Below, in pieces: positions 28,403 through 43,100 of a stretch of DNA of 64,000 bases (its first letter is position 1; each line of letters begins with the position of its first letter). The stretch covers positions 21,056,001-21,120,000 of the forward strand of contig CP068257.2 in assembly GCA_009914755.4 (NCBI GenBank). The letters are read 5' to 3'. Made by a program: the position numbers and the translations under genes. The notes under the pieces are model-generated. The model was not told the DNA's origin. It did not search any database and saw nothing but the letters and a program-made list of their open reading frames with translations. This stretch comes from the human T2T-CHM13v2.0 reference genome, Homo sapiens.

Positions 28403-28671
28403 TTAATTTCATGTAATTAATTTTGTTTTGCTCTAATCAAAACTGCTATTTTGATTAGCAGTTCCATGAAAAGCAATTTTGGACCACAGCTGATTGCATA
28501 TGTTTCCAGAGAATTTAAAACAATAACTGTGGATGACAATAAAACAGAACAACCATAGTAAAAAAATCTAATAAAAATTTACAATTGACAGGAAAATTTA
28601 GGTATATCTGTGGATACAAACATTTTTAATCATAATCATAATAATTGAATATAATAATCATAATCTGATAA

Positions 28672-28940
<269 letters not shown>

Positions 28941-29459
28941 TATTTTTAATGTGAAATCTCAATATTTACAGGCTGTTATAATTTCTATTAATTATTGCCA
29001 ACTAAGTCATACAGCAAATTTCTTTCACAAATTCTCTTTCACAATCCTTATCATGACTTACACAGATCATTTATGGCGTGCTTTGACTTTCTGCTTTGTA
29101 CTATATGTGTTTTTTGAAGAGCCAATCATTTTACTCCAGGACAGAAATTTACCACACAAGATTTTTTCTCATATAAAATTATTATCTTCTATTCTTAACC
29201 TTTCTTACCAAAAACACATCTTTACATCCATGTGTTACCCCAAACCAGTTTTTCATTACTGTTTGCCGGCAAATATTTACAGCTATTCCCATCAAATCGA
29301 CAACATTAGACTAGTCCCATTCACCAAAACATTTATAACTTATGTGAACTTGAAAAGCAGTTGGCTTATTTGCTTAGTGTATAAATACCCATTTATTTAT
29401 AAGCCACTTTGGTACCAGAGACAATACACAAACAGATATGTATATAGACAGGCACAATA

Positions 29460-30500
29460 AAGTTTTTATCCTTGTGGGAAATATCAGTGGAGCTAATGAA
29501 ATATGGAGGAACCCCCAGGTCGCATCATTCCTAGTCACTATCTGCAAACTGACATTTGGTGGGGGTGATTGGCAGGGTTCCTTCTCTACCTGTAGGGTAT
29601 AGTTAGAACATTTCTACTTCCAAAGGCCCTCTTGTTTACAATATGCACGTTATTGTAGCCCAAAGGCTGGGTAGCTTTTTACCTGGGCAGTTGAGCCCCA
29701 GGGATCTTACATATGGCCATTTGTTTTCTTCAGCAAACAGCTTTTTGTGTCCTGGCAGGGACTCGTCATGACCAAGAGCTATGAAGAGGAGCATAGTTTA
29801 TTGTCTCACGTCACATTATTTTTGCCTTTCCTGGATTTGGTTATGGCTGTTATTTAAATATTTTAAAGGCAATCTCAATCTATCGAGACACTGGGATCCC
29901 CAATTCCCCTTCTACTCTTTGCAGTATGTTTTTTTCTTATATCAAAGGTACTCTGACTGATAAAAGTTATATTAAGCAGTCTCATGTTACCTGAGTATTC
30001 ACAGTCAATGCCAGTATATTGCCTTAGACTTCAAAGACTCTCTCAAGAAAGCCAGAGGGATTTTCTTTTGGCCCCTGTTATACTTGTATGACTAGTGCCA
30101 CTACAGTCCTGCTAAAATTAATGTTCCCCATTTTGTGCAGAGCTGGAGCAAGACCCTGCACTAGAGAGGTGTTTTGGGTCTGTGGTGTGGTGTTCATGGG
30201 AATTCCTTCCCAGAGAATCACCAATGGGCCACATATCTCCTCTTATGCATCTCAGAGGGTCCCTAACATCAGGTGGTGTTGGGTTGCTTAAGATGCCGGG
30301 GTGACTGGTCATCGTATGTGCACCTTCCTGATAAGCAGTTAAAGTTCTGTCTGACTCAGGAATGGGGTATGTGCTGGTGGGATTTCCTAAAGGACCACTT
30401 CATGTCACAGGCCATAAAACCTCAACATGTTACTAGTGGAAGGTATCCCCATTACTGGCAGTGAATCCGTATATATCTGCAGCAACTTCAATTCTTGCCT
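29460..30500 (-). mobile_element. Class I (gamma-like) ERV internal fragment with reverse-transcriptase remnant (motifs B'/C) on the minus strand
   Basis: GC-richer block. Hand translation of the minus strand about 30470-30300 gives SLPVMGIPSTSNM...LLI(RK)/TYDDQSP...LVILWEGIPMNTTPQTQNTSLVQGL. Compare MLV RT RLPQGFKNSPTLF...LLQYVDDLLLA...[28 protein letters not shown]; reading frames are broken. Confidence 0.5.
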
Positions 30501-31230
30501 CCTCAGAAGAAAGAATTTGACTGAGGGGCATAAGGATGAAGTAAGACCAAGGCAAGTTTCAGCACAGGAGTGAAAGTTTATTAAAAAGACTTTAGAACAG
30601 GAAAAAAGGAAGATTCACTTGGAAGGGACCCAAGTGGGCACCTGAAGGTCAAGGGCATTTAACCTTGATCCTAGGACTTTATAGACTCACCTCTTTCCCA
30701 TGATTATTTCCTTAGAGTGGGCTTCCTGCATGCATAGAGTCTCTTCCTGCCCTTGGGTAGTGAGCACGTGCAGTGTGTTGAGGAAGATGTATGCATGGCC
30801 ATCTGAGGCTTTCTTCCCTTTTCTGGTGGAGTATCCCCAGAAGGTCATACTTTGCCATTTTGTCTCTTAGTGCACATGCCCAGGAAGCTGCTTCCCCGTG
30901 GCATCTGCGTTCAATTAACACATTAATGTTAACATCTGTGGATCATCAGGAGATTGTCTCTCCCTGGCACCCAGGCCCCAGTGCCCGCTGCTGAATTACC
31001 GGTGTTAGGCAGGCAGTGTGATAATTGTTGAACCATCACCTGACATTTCTAGTGGGTGGGAAATAAGAGCCCTCTGCTGCCATGCCCATGCCTATCTAAC
31101 TGCCTGTAATAAACACTTTGCTGGGCTCCTAGTCACCTAGGAACAGCCTAAAAGGGCCCAGGGGAGCAGAGCAATGTCTCTCGGGAGTCTAAGGACCCTC
31201 ATCTAGATAATTTTTTAATTAGGCCGCTAC
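30500..31230 (-). mobile_element. Possible LTR-like segment (TATA box and poly-A signal readable on the minus strand) adjoining the RT remnant; identity uncertain
   Basis: Minus-strand reading gives ...tctataaagtcctaggatcaaggttaaatgcc...tttttaataaactttcactcctgtgctgaaacttgccttggtcttacttcatcc...; inferred from motifs only. Confidence 0.25.
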
Positions 31231-31659
31231 TATGAACACCAAGGTTTTAACCATTGTTAAGTCAAATATAGTTACACACACTAAAGACACAAACACAGAC
31301 AAGCAGAAGTCAAAATTAAACCAACCTGAGTACCTCAGTGATTACAGCATTTTATTATCACTCTTATTCTTTGGGAATCTAACCTCAAACAGATTCAGGA
31401 TGCTAATCAGACCAGGATCCCAATAGGGTGGGACTAGAACCCAAAATTCCTATGATGAAACCTTTGACAATTTATGATATAGGCACATATTAGTGAAGTA
31501 CTCATCCCCAAGACATCTAAGCCAGAAGCACTTTCTTTTTCCCAAATAAGAAAGTAGTACTGCTGAGCCTGAACTGTCGCAGCAGAGAATCAGTGATGTC
31601 TCAGTCAATCCCCTAGATAAAACTGTTCTAGGTGGCCATTCTGTCAGTGAAGGGGGCCT

Positions 31660-32700
31660 ACAACACTTCAAGAGGCTACATTGCCACAGGCAGATTTTTG
31701 TACCATTTGGGTTGCAAAAAATGTTACCAAGAATGGGCTTGCTGCCTAATACTTGGAAGCCCATACTATGGTGTTGGCTTTTAAGAAAAGAAAAAAGCTT
31801 TATTGTGGAGTCAACTGGCAACAAGACAGGAGGCAATGCTCATATCACTATCCTTCAGCTGGGATCTAGGGGCAAATTTATAGATAGTAACAATGGAAGA
31901 GATAGAAAAATGCAATGAGGCATGATCTATTAGAATATGCAAAGAGGCATATTCTAATATGCCTTGGCTCCTAAGTACCTCCTGCAACAAAACAGGGTAC
32001 ACCTTGGTTTTTAACTTTGGTCCCCTTTCCTCAATCCAAGATCTTAGGTTCCACCTGTGCTTAACTTTTTTGTTCTAGCTGCCCCTGGGGTCAAAATTGG
32101 GCATGTTTGGTTCATCTGGGCATGCTCAGGTAACTTGATCTGCAACCTGGGGATCCATTGCACTGAATAAAACTCATCATTCTGGCTAGGTGCGGTGGCT
32201 CACGCCTGTAATCCTAGCACTTTGGGAGGCCCAGGTGGGAGGATTGCCTGAGCTCAGGAGATCAAGACCAGCCTAGGCAACACAGTGAAACCCTGTCTCT
32301 ACTAAAATACAAACAATTAGCTGGGTGTGGCAGTGTACACCTGTAGTACCGGCTACTCAGGAGGCTGAGGCAGGAGAATACCTTGAATCTGGGATGCGGA
32401 GATTGCAGTGAGCTGAGATCGCACCACCGCACTCTAGCCTGGGCGACAGAGCGAGACTCCGTCTCCAAACAAACAAACAAACAAACAAAAACCACTCATC
32501 ATTCTGTTACTTTCGTTATTGACAAAGTTGAACTAAATTGAGTTGATTCTGGCATTAAAACAATATAGTGTAATATTTAAGAGAAGTTCAGATCATATCT
32601 TGGTTGAGCCATCAGAATAATTATAGAGATAAAAAATGTGCTCTAAGGAAGACAGAGAAATGCTAACAGAGTGTTTACAGCAAGGGAATCATTTTCCATC
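31660..32700. mobile_element. Unclassified long interspersed repeat, copy 2 (homologous to 26770-27500), interrupted by the Alu at 32185-32490
   Basis: ...ggaagcccatactatggtgttggcttttaagaaaagaaaaaagc...gtcaactggcaacaagacaggaggc...gatagaaaaatgcaatgaggcatgatct...aacttttttgttctagctgcccctggggtcaaaattgggcatgtttggttcatctgggcatgctcagg...actcatcattctg, then resuming after the Alu TSD. Confidence 0.45.
32185..32490 (+). mobile_element. Alu SINE with (CAAA)n tail and about 15-bp TSD aaa(a)c(ca)ctcatcattctg, inserted into repeat copy 2
   Basis: ggctaggtgcggtggctcacgcctgtaatcctagcactttgggaggcccaggtgggaggattgcctgagctcaggagatcaagaccagcctaggcaacacagtgaaaccctgtctctactaaaatacaaacaattagctgggtgtgg...gactccgtctccaaacaaacaaacaaacaaacaaaaacc. 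Confidence 0.9.
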
Positions 32701-33238
32701 ACTTGTGTTTTGCTAAGATTCCAAAGCAGGCAGGGTGTGGGAACATTTTACAGTGAGGAAAAGGGAAGGTTTTAGGTGTGCTCTGATTGGAATTTTTAGC
32801 GGTTGTGGAAAAAAAGACCACAAAAATAAGAACAAAGTCTGTCTATATATTCAGAGGTTGCTATAACAAGGGAGTTAGTCACCATCACTTCCCTTTATCA
32901 GAGAGTCAACATCAGGCAAGAGAGTAGAAAAACTTTATAGTGAAAAGAAAGGGAAGGCTTCAGGAATTATCTCATGAGAGAACGCAGGCACAGAGAAACA
33001 ACGTGGGCTAAGCAGAAGTGGTCATTTTATGTGTTTGGTTTGGGGAGCATATTTGACTTTCTCTTCTTGGTCTAGGGATGAAAGTGGGAGGAAAACAAAC
33101 AAATGAAAAACAGAGATGGCAGTCATTAAAACATTAAAATCATAGCAGCTGTCTCTCTAGGCCAACAGCTGCACAGGTTGTGATTTGGTTTCCTGAACTT
33201 GTTGCTGCAGAGGTTGGGAAATAGAATTTAATTGTCAG

Positions 33239-33593
<355 letters not shown>

Positions 33594-34173
33594 TCATTGT
33601 GATATACCATCTTACTATTTATTTATATTCAGCCTCTCACTTGTGCTGCATTACACTGCCTAAATCCTCCCTCCAAAACTGCAGAAACTAACCCCTGAGC
33701 TTCTGGGATTGTCCTCTATCAGACCTAAATTCATGTCTCATTTCTGAAAAGCAGCTTTCATCCAATTACTGGTGGATATGTAGTTTTAAAAGCCCAAATG
33801 AATCTCTCTGACAAACAAAATATATGAAGGGATATCCCAGCTCCTGAGTACTCCTATGGTTTTACAAAGGTCTTGCTATAATTAAAATGTAGCACTACTT
33901 TTCTTCTGCCCAGTTATACTTCTGTTATTTTCTCTCACAAATATTGATCATAAGGTCATTCCCTAGTAAATTTCCTTCAAACTTATGTTTCCAGGGAACC
34001 TGATCTGCAACATTAAATAATAATATTTGTATGTATGAAGGCTGTACATCTGAGCTAGAGATATGATGGTCTCTGTGGCCATGCCTGCAAAAACTAACAT
34101 TTACTATTACAAAGGTTATTTTAAAATATGGTTCATAATTTTAATTATATTTAAATCATATGATATATCTAGG

Positions 34174-34237
34174 TAGACAGATACATAGAGATAGATAGAT
34201 AGATAGATAGATAGACAGATAGATAGATAGACAGATA
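34174..34237. repeat. (GATA)n / (TAGA)n tetranucleotide microsatellite with GACA interruptions
   Basis: gtagacagatacatagagatagatagatagatagatagatagacagatagatagatagacagatac. Confidence 0.9.
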
Positions 34238-36811
34238 CTTTTTAATCTAGACCAAATAACTGTAGTTTAGAAGATACTGAATTCTGTTAAGCAGGTGTTG
34301 ATGAATCTTCCTTATGAGGTTCTAAACTTCTAGGACAATGTGATCAGTTATCCTGTGCTTCTTCTCCCCTATTTATGTTTTTTTTTCAAGCTGTGATACC
34401 CAAACTTTGTTAATTTCTCAGTTTCTATCTCATGTTATACCTTTCAATTGTGATGCATTGATATCTGCTTTTATTTTTCTTTTAATGAAGTTGTGCTACA
34501 ACTTCAATATGCCATCTTTCCTGTTCTAGTAATTCATATTTATTTTTATTCTAACCAATAGATTCTATGCACTAAAGGCAGTAAGCATTCAATGTTTATT
34601 AAAATAAGTGTCTATATATGTGTAAAATCTGTTTGCAGAAATTTTCCTGAAATGTTCATAGAATTGATGCTTACATTTATACAACTTTGAATCAACAGAA
34701 ATGGGACACCATGCCCAAGGAAATAAAAAATATCTTAAAGTTGTAGAGCTCATTGGAAGCAAGATTAAAAGTGATATTAGAATATATAAATAACTACAAT
34801 AGAATACCTAATCAACTCATTTTTTCTCACATATGAATTATTTGCTTATTATGAAATATACTTCCTGATAATAGAAAAGGCTTAAGATAAAATAATGGCT
34901 TTTATTTTTTGTATTTAAACTGAGCTTGTTTCCTACCATTTATGGGCATAAGATACCATTTGTCAAATACTTCACGAACAGAACTTCATTTACATAAACT
35001 ACTTTGAGCATCAGGCACATATCATTTTATACTTTTGCAAATGCAGTAACCAAGAAGCAGAGATTCACCTAGCTGTCATGAAATCACCTAGGGATTAAAA
35101 CAAGAGCTCTCTATTGGCAAAGCCTATGCTCTTTATCATTTCTACTACATTGCTTCTCAACGTATTATTGGAAAGTTTTACATATTGGCCACATTTTTGT
35201 CCTACTATTCTTTTACTACTCAAATAAAAATCTAGAAATGAATGACATTTATAAGGATGCATTATTTTTTACTGTACTGAGGAGTGTGTCTCTAAGATTC
35301 TCACAGCCACTTTTCACGCATTTCACTGATGCCAGGCAATGAATTTCACTTGAGTTCTTTTGAATTGGTTTCAAAATGTAGTAGCTTTTAATTAATCTCT
35401 TCTTTACTAGTTTTTCTTTACTTTAAAATCCACATTAACTTTAAATAACGTGTCCCGGGCCATCAACTTTTATGCTTTTGTTTTAAGAATTTGAATAAAT
35501 TTAATTACTGAGTGATTTCCTAAGGGTTTACAACTTTGATGGATACATTTTCCTTAATTTTTTTATCACAAGTCATAAAATCATATTGAAGACCGTAATT
35601 TTTAAGATATTAACCATATTGTTATGCTAGCACCCATGCGATGTGTAAAAACATGACACTCTTCCCAGCAAGTAGAAACAGTATAAACATAAAAGTATTA
35701 ACATAGTTAGCATTCACAGTAACAAACACAGTTTCATTCATTTTGTTCATGTATAAGCTTACTTATATGCATATGTTCTGCTAAACTTGCAGTTTATCAG
35801 AAATAATGAAAGCTTCATTATTTTACAAACATATAAATATTTTAATTATTTTACTTAAATACATAAAGAAAAATGAAAATAAAATTTTAAAAGGGAGAGG
35901 AAAAAAGAGATACAAATAAACAGTAGATGTTGGTCCTATTCACAACAGTAATTCATGATAATTTGCAAAGCCACAAATCTGAACCGAACTTACATTCAAA
36001 ACTTACATTTCAAAAGCCGTTGTTTAAAGAACAGCTTTTTAATTTGCACACACTTATGAAAGCCTACCCACAGAAAACTTACACTTTTGAAATAGAAATC
36101 AAATATAGGTGAAAGAAAACTTTCTGAGTATTCTGAGCACCTAGAAACAGAGCCAATATCATGAATGATATAACTTATAAAATAGTACATTGAGATATCC
36201 ATTTCTCTGACCACAATCCTCTACAATTTAATTATTTAATTTTTATTCTCTCACTATAATTATGCTTTGACAACACAAAGATGTCCAGTCCTTGAACATG
36301 TCATTCACTCTCCCTCATGCCTATTTTTAAATTCTTCTCTATTAAGCTAACATTCCACATGGGTGATCGAAACTCTTCACAAACAAAAAATGTGTAATAT
36401 ATTTGCCTCATTGGTCTTTATTACATCTGCCTGTAAAACACAAATCTTATGCAGTCCAAAATTTAACTTAGTATTTGCAACAACAACAACAAAAAACTTA
36501 GACTGCAAGGAAAAGGACACAAACTTTCCAAGCATTACTTTTTCTAAGTTTATGGCCTCAAAGCATCACTAAGTTGCTAAGAATACAAATAAATACTTTT
36601 CTTCTTCCAAGTCAGTTCTTTTTCAAATCATTACCCTACTGCATTCATTGAAATGCTAGTTAGATTTGTTTCAATTCACTTTTCACGAGTGTAAATGAAG
36701 CTATAAGAAGGAAACGAATTATCAAATATCAAAAGTTACTCTCTGCATCAGATATTATTCTTACTTTTTCTTACACTTACAATGACTGAGATGCCACTCA
36801 TTTCTAAATGA

Positions 36812-37189
<378 letters not shown>

Positions 37190-37559
37190 CCCTTCATTAA
37201 ATTGTATATTCTTTCAATTTTATAACACCATGATATCTTGATTTGGGGTTGTTCCTTTGGCCATTCCTAGAAACAACTGCCTTCCTTCCTTAATATTTTA
37301 TAAAGTTCTCTCAAAGGTTGTTGTTTTGTTTTGTTTTCTCTATACCTTAACTCTAAGCGAAGACCCACATTTTTATTGTCTCCATTGCTGATACAGTTTC
37401 ACATCATTCAAATTAATATTTTCAGGCTAGATGTATCTAATTTGCATATGTTTAATTCCAATTACAAGTAACTCAATAGATGAATAGACAGATAAAAGCT
37501 TATTTTTGCCCATTCTGTAGGATATCTTTTTACTTTCTTAATGTTCTTTAATGCACAGC

Positions 37560-38015
37560 AGTTTTTAATTTTGGTGAAATCAAAATTTGTCTATTTTTTC
37601 CCCTGTTGCTCATGCATTTGGTGTCATAGCTACTGGCAAATCCAAAGTCATGAGAATGTACCCCTAGGTTTTCTCCTAAGAGTTTTATAGATTTAGCCCA
37701 TTGGTTGATTTTGAGTTAATTTTTGTAGTTAGCATGATGTGGGAGTTCATGCATATCCATTTGTCTCAACATCATTTGTTGAAGAGATGATTCCCTCTCC
37801 AGGGAATAGCCTTAGAAACCTTGTTAAAAATCAATTGGTTATAGATGTATGAACTCATTTCTGGGCTCCTGATTCTGTTCCATTTGTCTATGTGTCTGGC
37901 ATTGTGCTAGTGCCATGCTGTTTTGATTACTGTAGTTTTGTGGTAAGTTTAGAAATTGGAAATGTGAGTCCTCTTGCTTTGTTCTTTTACAATATAATTT
38001 TGGAAATTAAAAAAA
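37560..38015 (-). mobile_element. Old L1 (L1M/L1P) ORF2-region fragment, minus orientation
   Basis: gcatttggtgtcatagctactggcaaatccaaagtcatgagaatgtacccctaggttttctcctaagagttttatag...catttgttgaagagatgattccctctcc...ctgattctgttccatttgtctatgtgtctggcattgtgctagtgccatgctgttttgattactgtagttttgtggtaagtttagaaattggaaatgtgagtcctcttgctttgttcttttac matches the reverse complement of a conserved L1 ORF2 segment. Confidence 0.75.
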
Positions 38016-38519
38016 AGCTAACTAGCTAACAAATAATTCACCATTACCACTTCCGCCAAACATGTAACTGGGTGTCACTTTAATTCAACTCTACTTTTCA
38101 AGTCAAATTCTAGAGAATTATTCTTGAATCTTACTCTTTCCCATGAGGACATCCAAAGAAGTTACCAAATTCTATATACCATATAATCTATTTTTGTTTA
38201 TTATTTGTGCAACTTTTCTTCTCCAAGACACCATTATCTTTCTATTTAATTGTGCTAATTGTTTCTTAAATTTTCTCTTCACCTCCAGGTTTTCTACCCT
38301 GCAATCCTATTTCACCCTAATCAATTTTGCTCATTGCAGCTATTATTATCTTTTTATGTCATTTTGTATCTTATAAGTCATAAAACATTTTCAATTTTAG
38401 AATAACATCCAAAGTTTTTTTTCAATTTTATTTATTTTGGTAACATCCAAAGTTTTCTAACCCACATTACTTCTCAAGAGATATATCACATTTTTATGGT
38501 TAATTTTATCTCCTAAAAA

Positions 38520-38915
38520 TTCATATGTTAAAGTTCTAACCCCCGGTTTCCTGAAATATGATCTTATTTGGAAATAGGGTCCTTGTAGATGTCATTAAAT
38601 TAAAATGAGGTCATATTGGAATAGATGAGTACCTAATAGAATATGTCTGGTGTTCTTTTGTAAAGTAGAAATATAGAGACAGACACACACAGAGGGACAA
38701 CAACATATTAAGATGAAGGCAGATATTGGAATGATGCAACAGAAACAAAGGAACACTGATAATTATCAACAAACCACCAATACATAGAAGAGAAGTGTGA
38801 AACACATTTCTCTTTCACAGCCATTAAAAGGAATCAATCCTTCCAAAACCCTCATCAATTTCTGTTGTTCTAAGCCATGCACTTTGTGGTACTTTGTTAC
38901 AGCAGTCCTAGCAAA
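38520..38915 (+). mobile_element. MLT1-family MaLR LTR (diverged)
   Basis: tcatatgttaaagttctaacccccggtttcctgaaatatgatcttatttggaaatagggtccttgtagatgtcattaaattaaaatgaggtcatattggaatagatgagtacc...caatttctgttgttctaagccatgcactttgtggtactttgttacagcagtcctagcaaa. Compare the MLT1 consensus tcatatgttgaagccctaacccccaa...tgtgagaaataaatgtttgttgtttaagccacccagtctatggtattttgttatagcagcc. Confidence 0.7.
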
Positions 38916-40379
38916 GAAATATGTAGGTCATACATGCCCTAAAACTGAAGCTGCAACCTTGCTTAATTATTATCGTTTTCTTAACTATTACATGCTGTCT
39001 TATCTCCATTCCAATTTAACTGTCTACTAGTTATCTTCATCATTCAGCTATTTCTTATACTGTGTCAAATATATCAATAATGTTGGTCTCAATGTAAATG
39101 TTTTACTCTGGAATGTCTTTCAAAATGTTTCTTGTGGGATTGGGGGTGGAAAATCATGACTACAAAGTTCTAAGGGCAGATAATGCCCTCCTATGGAGTT
39201 TCAGATCTGAGGAGCTGATTAAGCCAATATCAATTAGATTAGAAACCTGAGAGGTTTCTGTCCCAGGAACACAAGGGTGAAATGAATCTTATTAGGTTGT
39301 TTCCTAGACCCACCTAGAACACTTTCTAATTAGTTAGATATTGTCAGCTTCTCATCCTATACACCTAACCAGAAAAAAAGAAAATATTTTCCCATAGAAT
39401 ATAATGTTATTTACAGTCTTAATGGGCTCTTTCTAAAATGTCCCATAAAATGATTACTACGTATAGAAAGATGAATGAAAATATGACTGATAATCCTAGG
39501 AAAAGAAACCTTACTCACGGTTGATCCAGATACTATAGTTGAACAAGGAATCTTTAAAATTCCATGCTTAATATGACAAACAATATAGACTAAGTGTTAA
39601 AAAATAAAGATGGAACATTTTCGTTACAGAGAATTGTTATCTGCAAAGTAATGGAAAACAAAGGAGAACTTTATTTTCTGGAAATAAACAAATAAATGAA
39701 ATCTGTAGATCTGGGAAACGCAGGCTCTGATGTAAATTAAAGTGTGCTCTACGAAACAAAGAGTGAGACTGGCTTAAAGAAAGTTCCTGCCTCAGTCTTC
39801 AATCAGGTCCATATATGCAAATGAGGAATTCAAATTTCTTCAGTCCTGATTGGTTGGAAATAGCTGGGTATAATTAAGCAATTTCCAAGCCCAAACCAGA
39901 AGTTTCTGTTGGATGGCCCTCTCAGGTGGCTGACCACAGTGTCTCAGCTTAGGTTACAAGAACCATCCTAGCTCAGAGGCATGTGCAGCATGCTTGTCTG
40001 GAGCCTTCCTTGTATGGAACAAAGAGGGCATCATTGCCCTTTTCTCATTCACCATGGCCTCTGGGTAAGTTTCATTTCACAAGTGGAAGACACAGCACTA
40101 GAAGTCACCTAAAGTAAAGCACAGCAGGAAAAATGAAATAAAATACATGGGATAGTCTCAAAAGATCTAGTAAACAGACAATTGGAGTGCCACAGGAGGA
40201 GAGTGGTTATGTTTTAGAAGATAATAGCTGAGAATTTTCCAAACCCCTTGCAAATTAACTCATAGAATTAAGACTGTCAACCAATTCTAAGTTTAAACAC
40301 TCTTGCTTACCTCCTCTGCCAACTCACCCTCATGCACTTACATAAACTCAGGCACATCACAATTATACTACTGAAAAGC

Positions 40380-40900
40380 AAACTATCAGAATAATAAAAG
40401 CAGTTAACTTTGGAGAAAAACTGCTACCCTCAAAGGGCACAATGGTAGGGTAAAAACTAACATTTTAAGAGAAATAATAGAAACCAGAGTGGACGAAAAG
40501 ATATTCCAAAGATTGACAAAATAATAGGCATATTGGATTCTACAGCCAACTGAAACATTCTTCAAAAATGGAAGTGAAATAAATGTTTCAATCATAAAAG
40601 AGGGAAAGTAATTGTCCATCTGCCTATCCTAAAAGAAAACATGAAATTTAATAAAAAAATTGAATATTATTCATAGCAATGTTTAACCAAAACCATGTAC
40701 AAGAACACACAGCACCATTATTTCCAAGATCCCCACACTGGAAAACTAACCAAAAGTATATCAGCACAAAATAGATATATTAATTTTATTACATTTATAC
40801 AATAGATTACTATACAGCAATTAGGATACATAAAATAATTTTACATGCAAAAATGTAGATGAATCTACAGATATAAGGTAGAATAAAAAAACTAGTTATA
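40380..40900. mobile_element. AT-rich block with weak resemblance to an ancient LINE (L1M-like) fragment; uncertain
   Basis: Short stretches such as attattcatagcaatg...aagaacacacagcaccattatttccaagat resemble the L1 ORF2 C-terminal region (ttcatagcagcattattcacaatagcc) at low identity. Confidence 0.2.
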
Positions 40901-42165
40901 CAAGGGTTCATATTGTATGATCATGTTTATTGTAAGTTTCCCTCAGGAATATGTACTAACAGGTAATAGTACTCAGGATATTGGTTACACTTGAGGGTAG
41001 TGGTTTGCAGAGGGCAAAGTCAGAATTCTGAAGAATTGGAACATTCTGTTTCTTGACTAGGAGTCATGTCATATACTTTTATTTGATTTGTGAAATTAAA
41101 AACAATTGCATACTTATACTATGTTTATATAAATAATATAACAAATATTAAAACAAATGCCAAAATGAGAGTTAATGTAAGTTTCACTGTAGGCTGTAAT
41201 GACTAAATGAATAGAACTTGACATAATTCAGAAGAGTAAAATGATTTATAAACTTAAATCAATTTTTGTTAATTCGATAAAATATTAACAAGGATTCACA
41301 GAGCTGAGTTTTGCCTTGTGGGTTTATTGTAAAGAAATGTTTCCAAGAGTATTGAAAAATATTTTCTCTAGCTTTAAACTTCAAGATAATTAAAGTTGGG
41401 GACTTTATTAGAATACATTTTCTTAAAAAACTTCAAATAAAGCTTTTAAAATCTGACCTTCATGAATGTAAATGTCTGGTTTGTTAATTTTGTGAAGATC
41501 TGGGGCACACAATAGAGAAATGAATAGTTATCCTCAAGAGCAGCTGAAATAGGAATACAAAAAATGTCTTTTTGACCTGTGATGGGAGAGATAGAATCAT
41601 CGTAATAAGGCAATGACAGCACAGATTAGTTTCTATGAGAACTGGAAAAAAATTCCCTTTTGTTAGATAGGATTAAAATTTTTAAAAAGTACCTCCTCTT
41701 GTGGGACCAAGAAAAAAGGTGCCCTTCTTCTGAGGAGACACTGCCCAGTGTCTGGGAACCCAGTTGTGAAGGCAGAGGGCTAGCTGGTTTTAGTTTTCTC
41801 TTGTGTCATTTCTTTTATGCTCTATTTTAACAGACATAAGGGTTCCTTTTGAGGATAGCAGAACAAGAGAGAAGGAAACACGGTTCCTCACACAATGACA
41901 CCACCCTGTCTTCTAGGACTGCTAAATATTAGATTGCTAAGAAATAGAGAAAAAATATATATAATTAATTTAGTTTGCTATTTATGTTTTGATTTGATAT
42001 TTATATTTGATACTGCAGCCAAGCCTATATCCTAAAAATAAAAAGAAAGAAAAACAAAGAAAAACAAATAAACAGTAGCTGAAGATAAACTCTCAATAAA
42101 AATTATAAAATAAGAAGAAATGTACGCTAGGGAGATCGGGTTCCCTGTCGCCTATGGAGTTAGTC

Positions 42166-42476
42166 TGTGTTTTGGTTTTGGTTTGGTTTTGGTTTTGATA
42201 GGGTCTCTCACTTTCTCCCAAGCTGGAGTGCATTGGAGCTATCATAGTTCACTACAGGCTCAAACTCCTGGGCTCAAGTGATCCTCTTGCCTCAGCCTCC
42301 CAAGTAGTTAGGACTACAGACATGCACCACGCCTCACTAATTTTTTGTTTTTTTATTTTTGGTACAGACAAGGTTTGGCTCTGTTGTCCAGATTAGCCTC
42401 AAAGTTCTGGCCTCAAGCAGTCCTTCCATTTGGGCCTCCCAAAGTGCTGGGATTACAGGCCTGAGCCCAGCCATTG
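42166..42476 (-). mobile_element. Old Alu (AluJ-like, diverged), minus orientation, preceded by a (GTTTTG)n tail
   Basis: gttttggttttggtttggttttggttttgatagggtctctcactttctcccaagctggagtgcattggagctatcatagttcactacaggctcaaactcctgggctcaagtgatcctcttgcctcagcctcccaagtagttaggactacagacatgcaccacgcctcactaattttttg...ctcccaaagtgctgggattacaggcctgagcc. Confidence 0.85.
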
Positions 42477-42815
42477 GTTCTTTTTCGAAAGAATATTTCT
42501 AAAGATGTTCTCTCTGGTTAGGCTTAGCGAGTTGAACATCTCTCTGACAATCTCAAAGCAAAACAAACAATGTATCTGAATGTACAGATAAGAAGACCAG
42601 CTGGACTTTAATTATGACCACTTTGACACATAATAATATGGTGAAATTTTCATATTTAGAGATTAAAAGTCAACATTATTATTTTTTTAAAGAATGGATG
42701 ATCCCTATTTATGGAGATGATAATGATTGTTGAACAGTAGAAGGGTAAAATAAGTATGTAAGTAAAGAATCTTCATTAAAAATAACATAAAATGTAGGTG
42801 GACATTAACTAGTTA

Positions 42816-43100
<285 letters not shown>

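Noticed and set aside
28951-29460. Longest ORF in the window (169 aa, + strand)
   Set aside because: The sequence is extremely AT-rich. The peptide is low-complexity (rich in I/L/Y/F/K), has no recognisable domain, no upstream promoter/CpG signal and no splice context. It lies inside the candidate degraded ERV interior. ORFs of this length are expected by chance in 64 kb when stop codons are depleted locally.
30500-31230. Reading this GC-richer segment as a definite solitary LTR
   Set aside because: TATA and AATAAA motifs are present on the minus strand, but I could not define TG...CA termini or a TSD. The segment also directly abuts the RT remnant, which would require a large internal deletion. 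It is kept only as a low-confidence feature.
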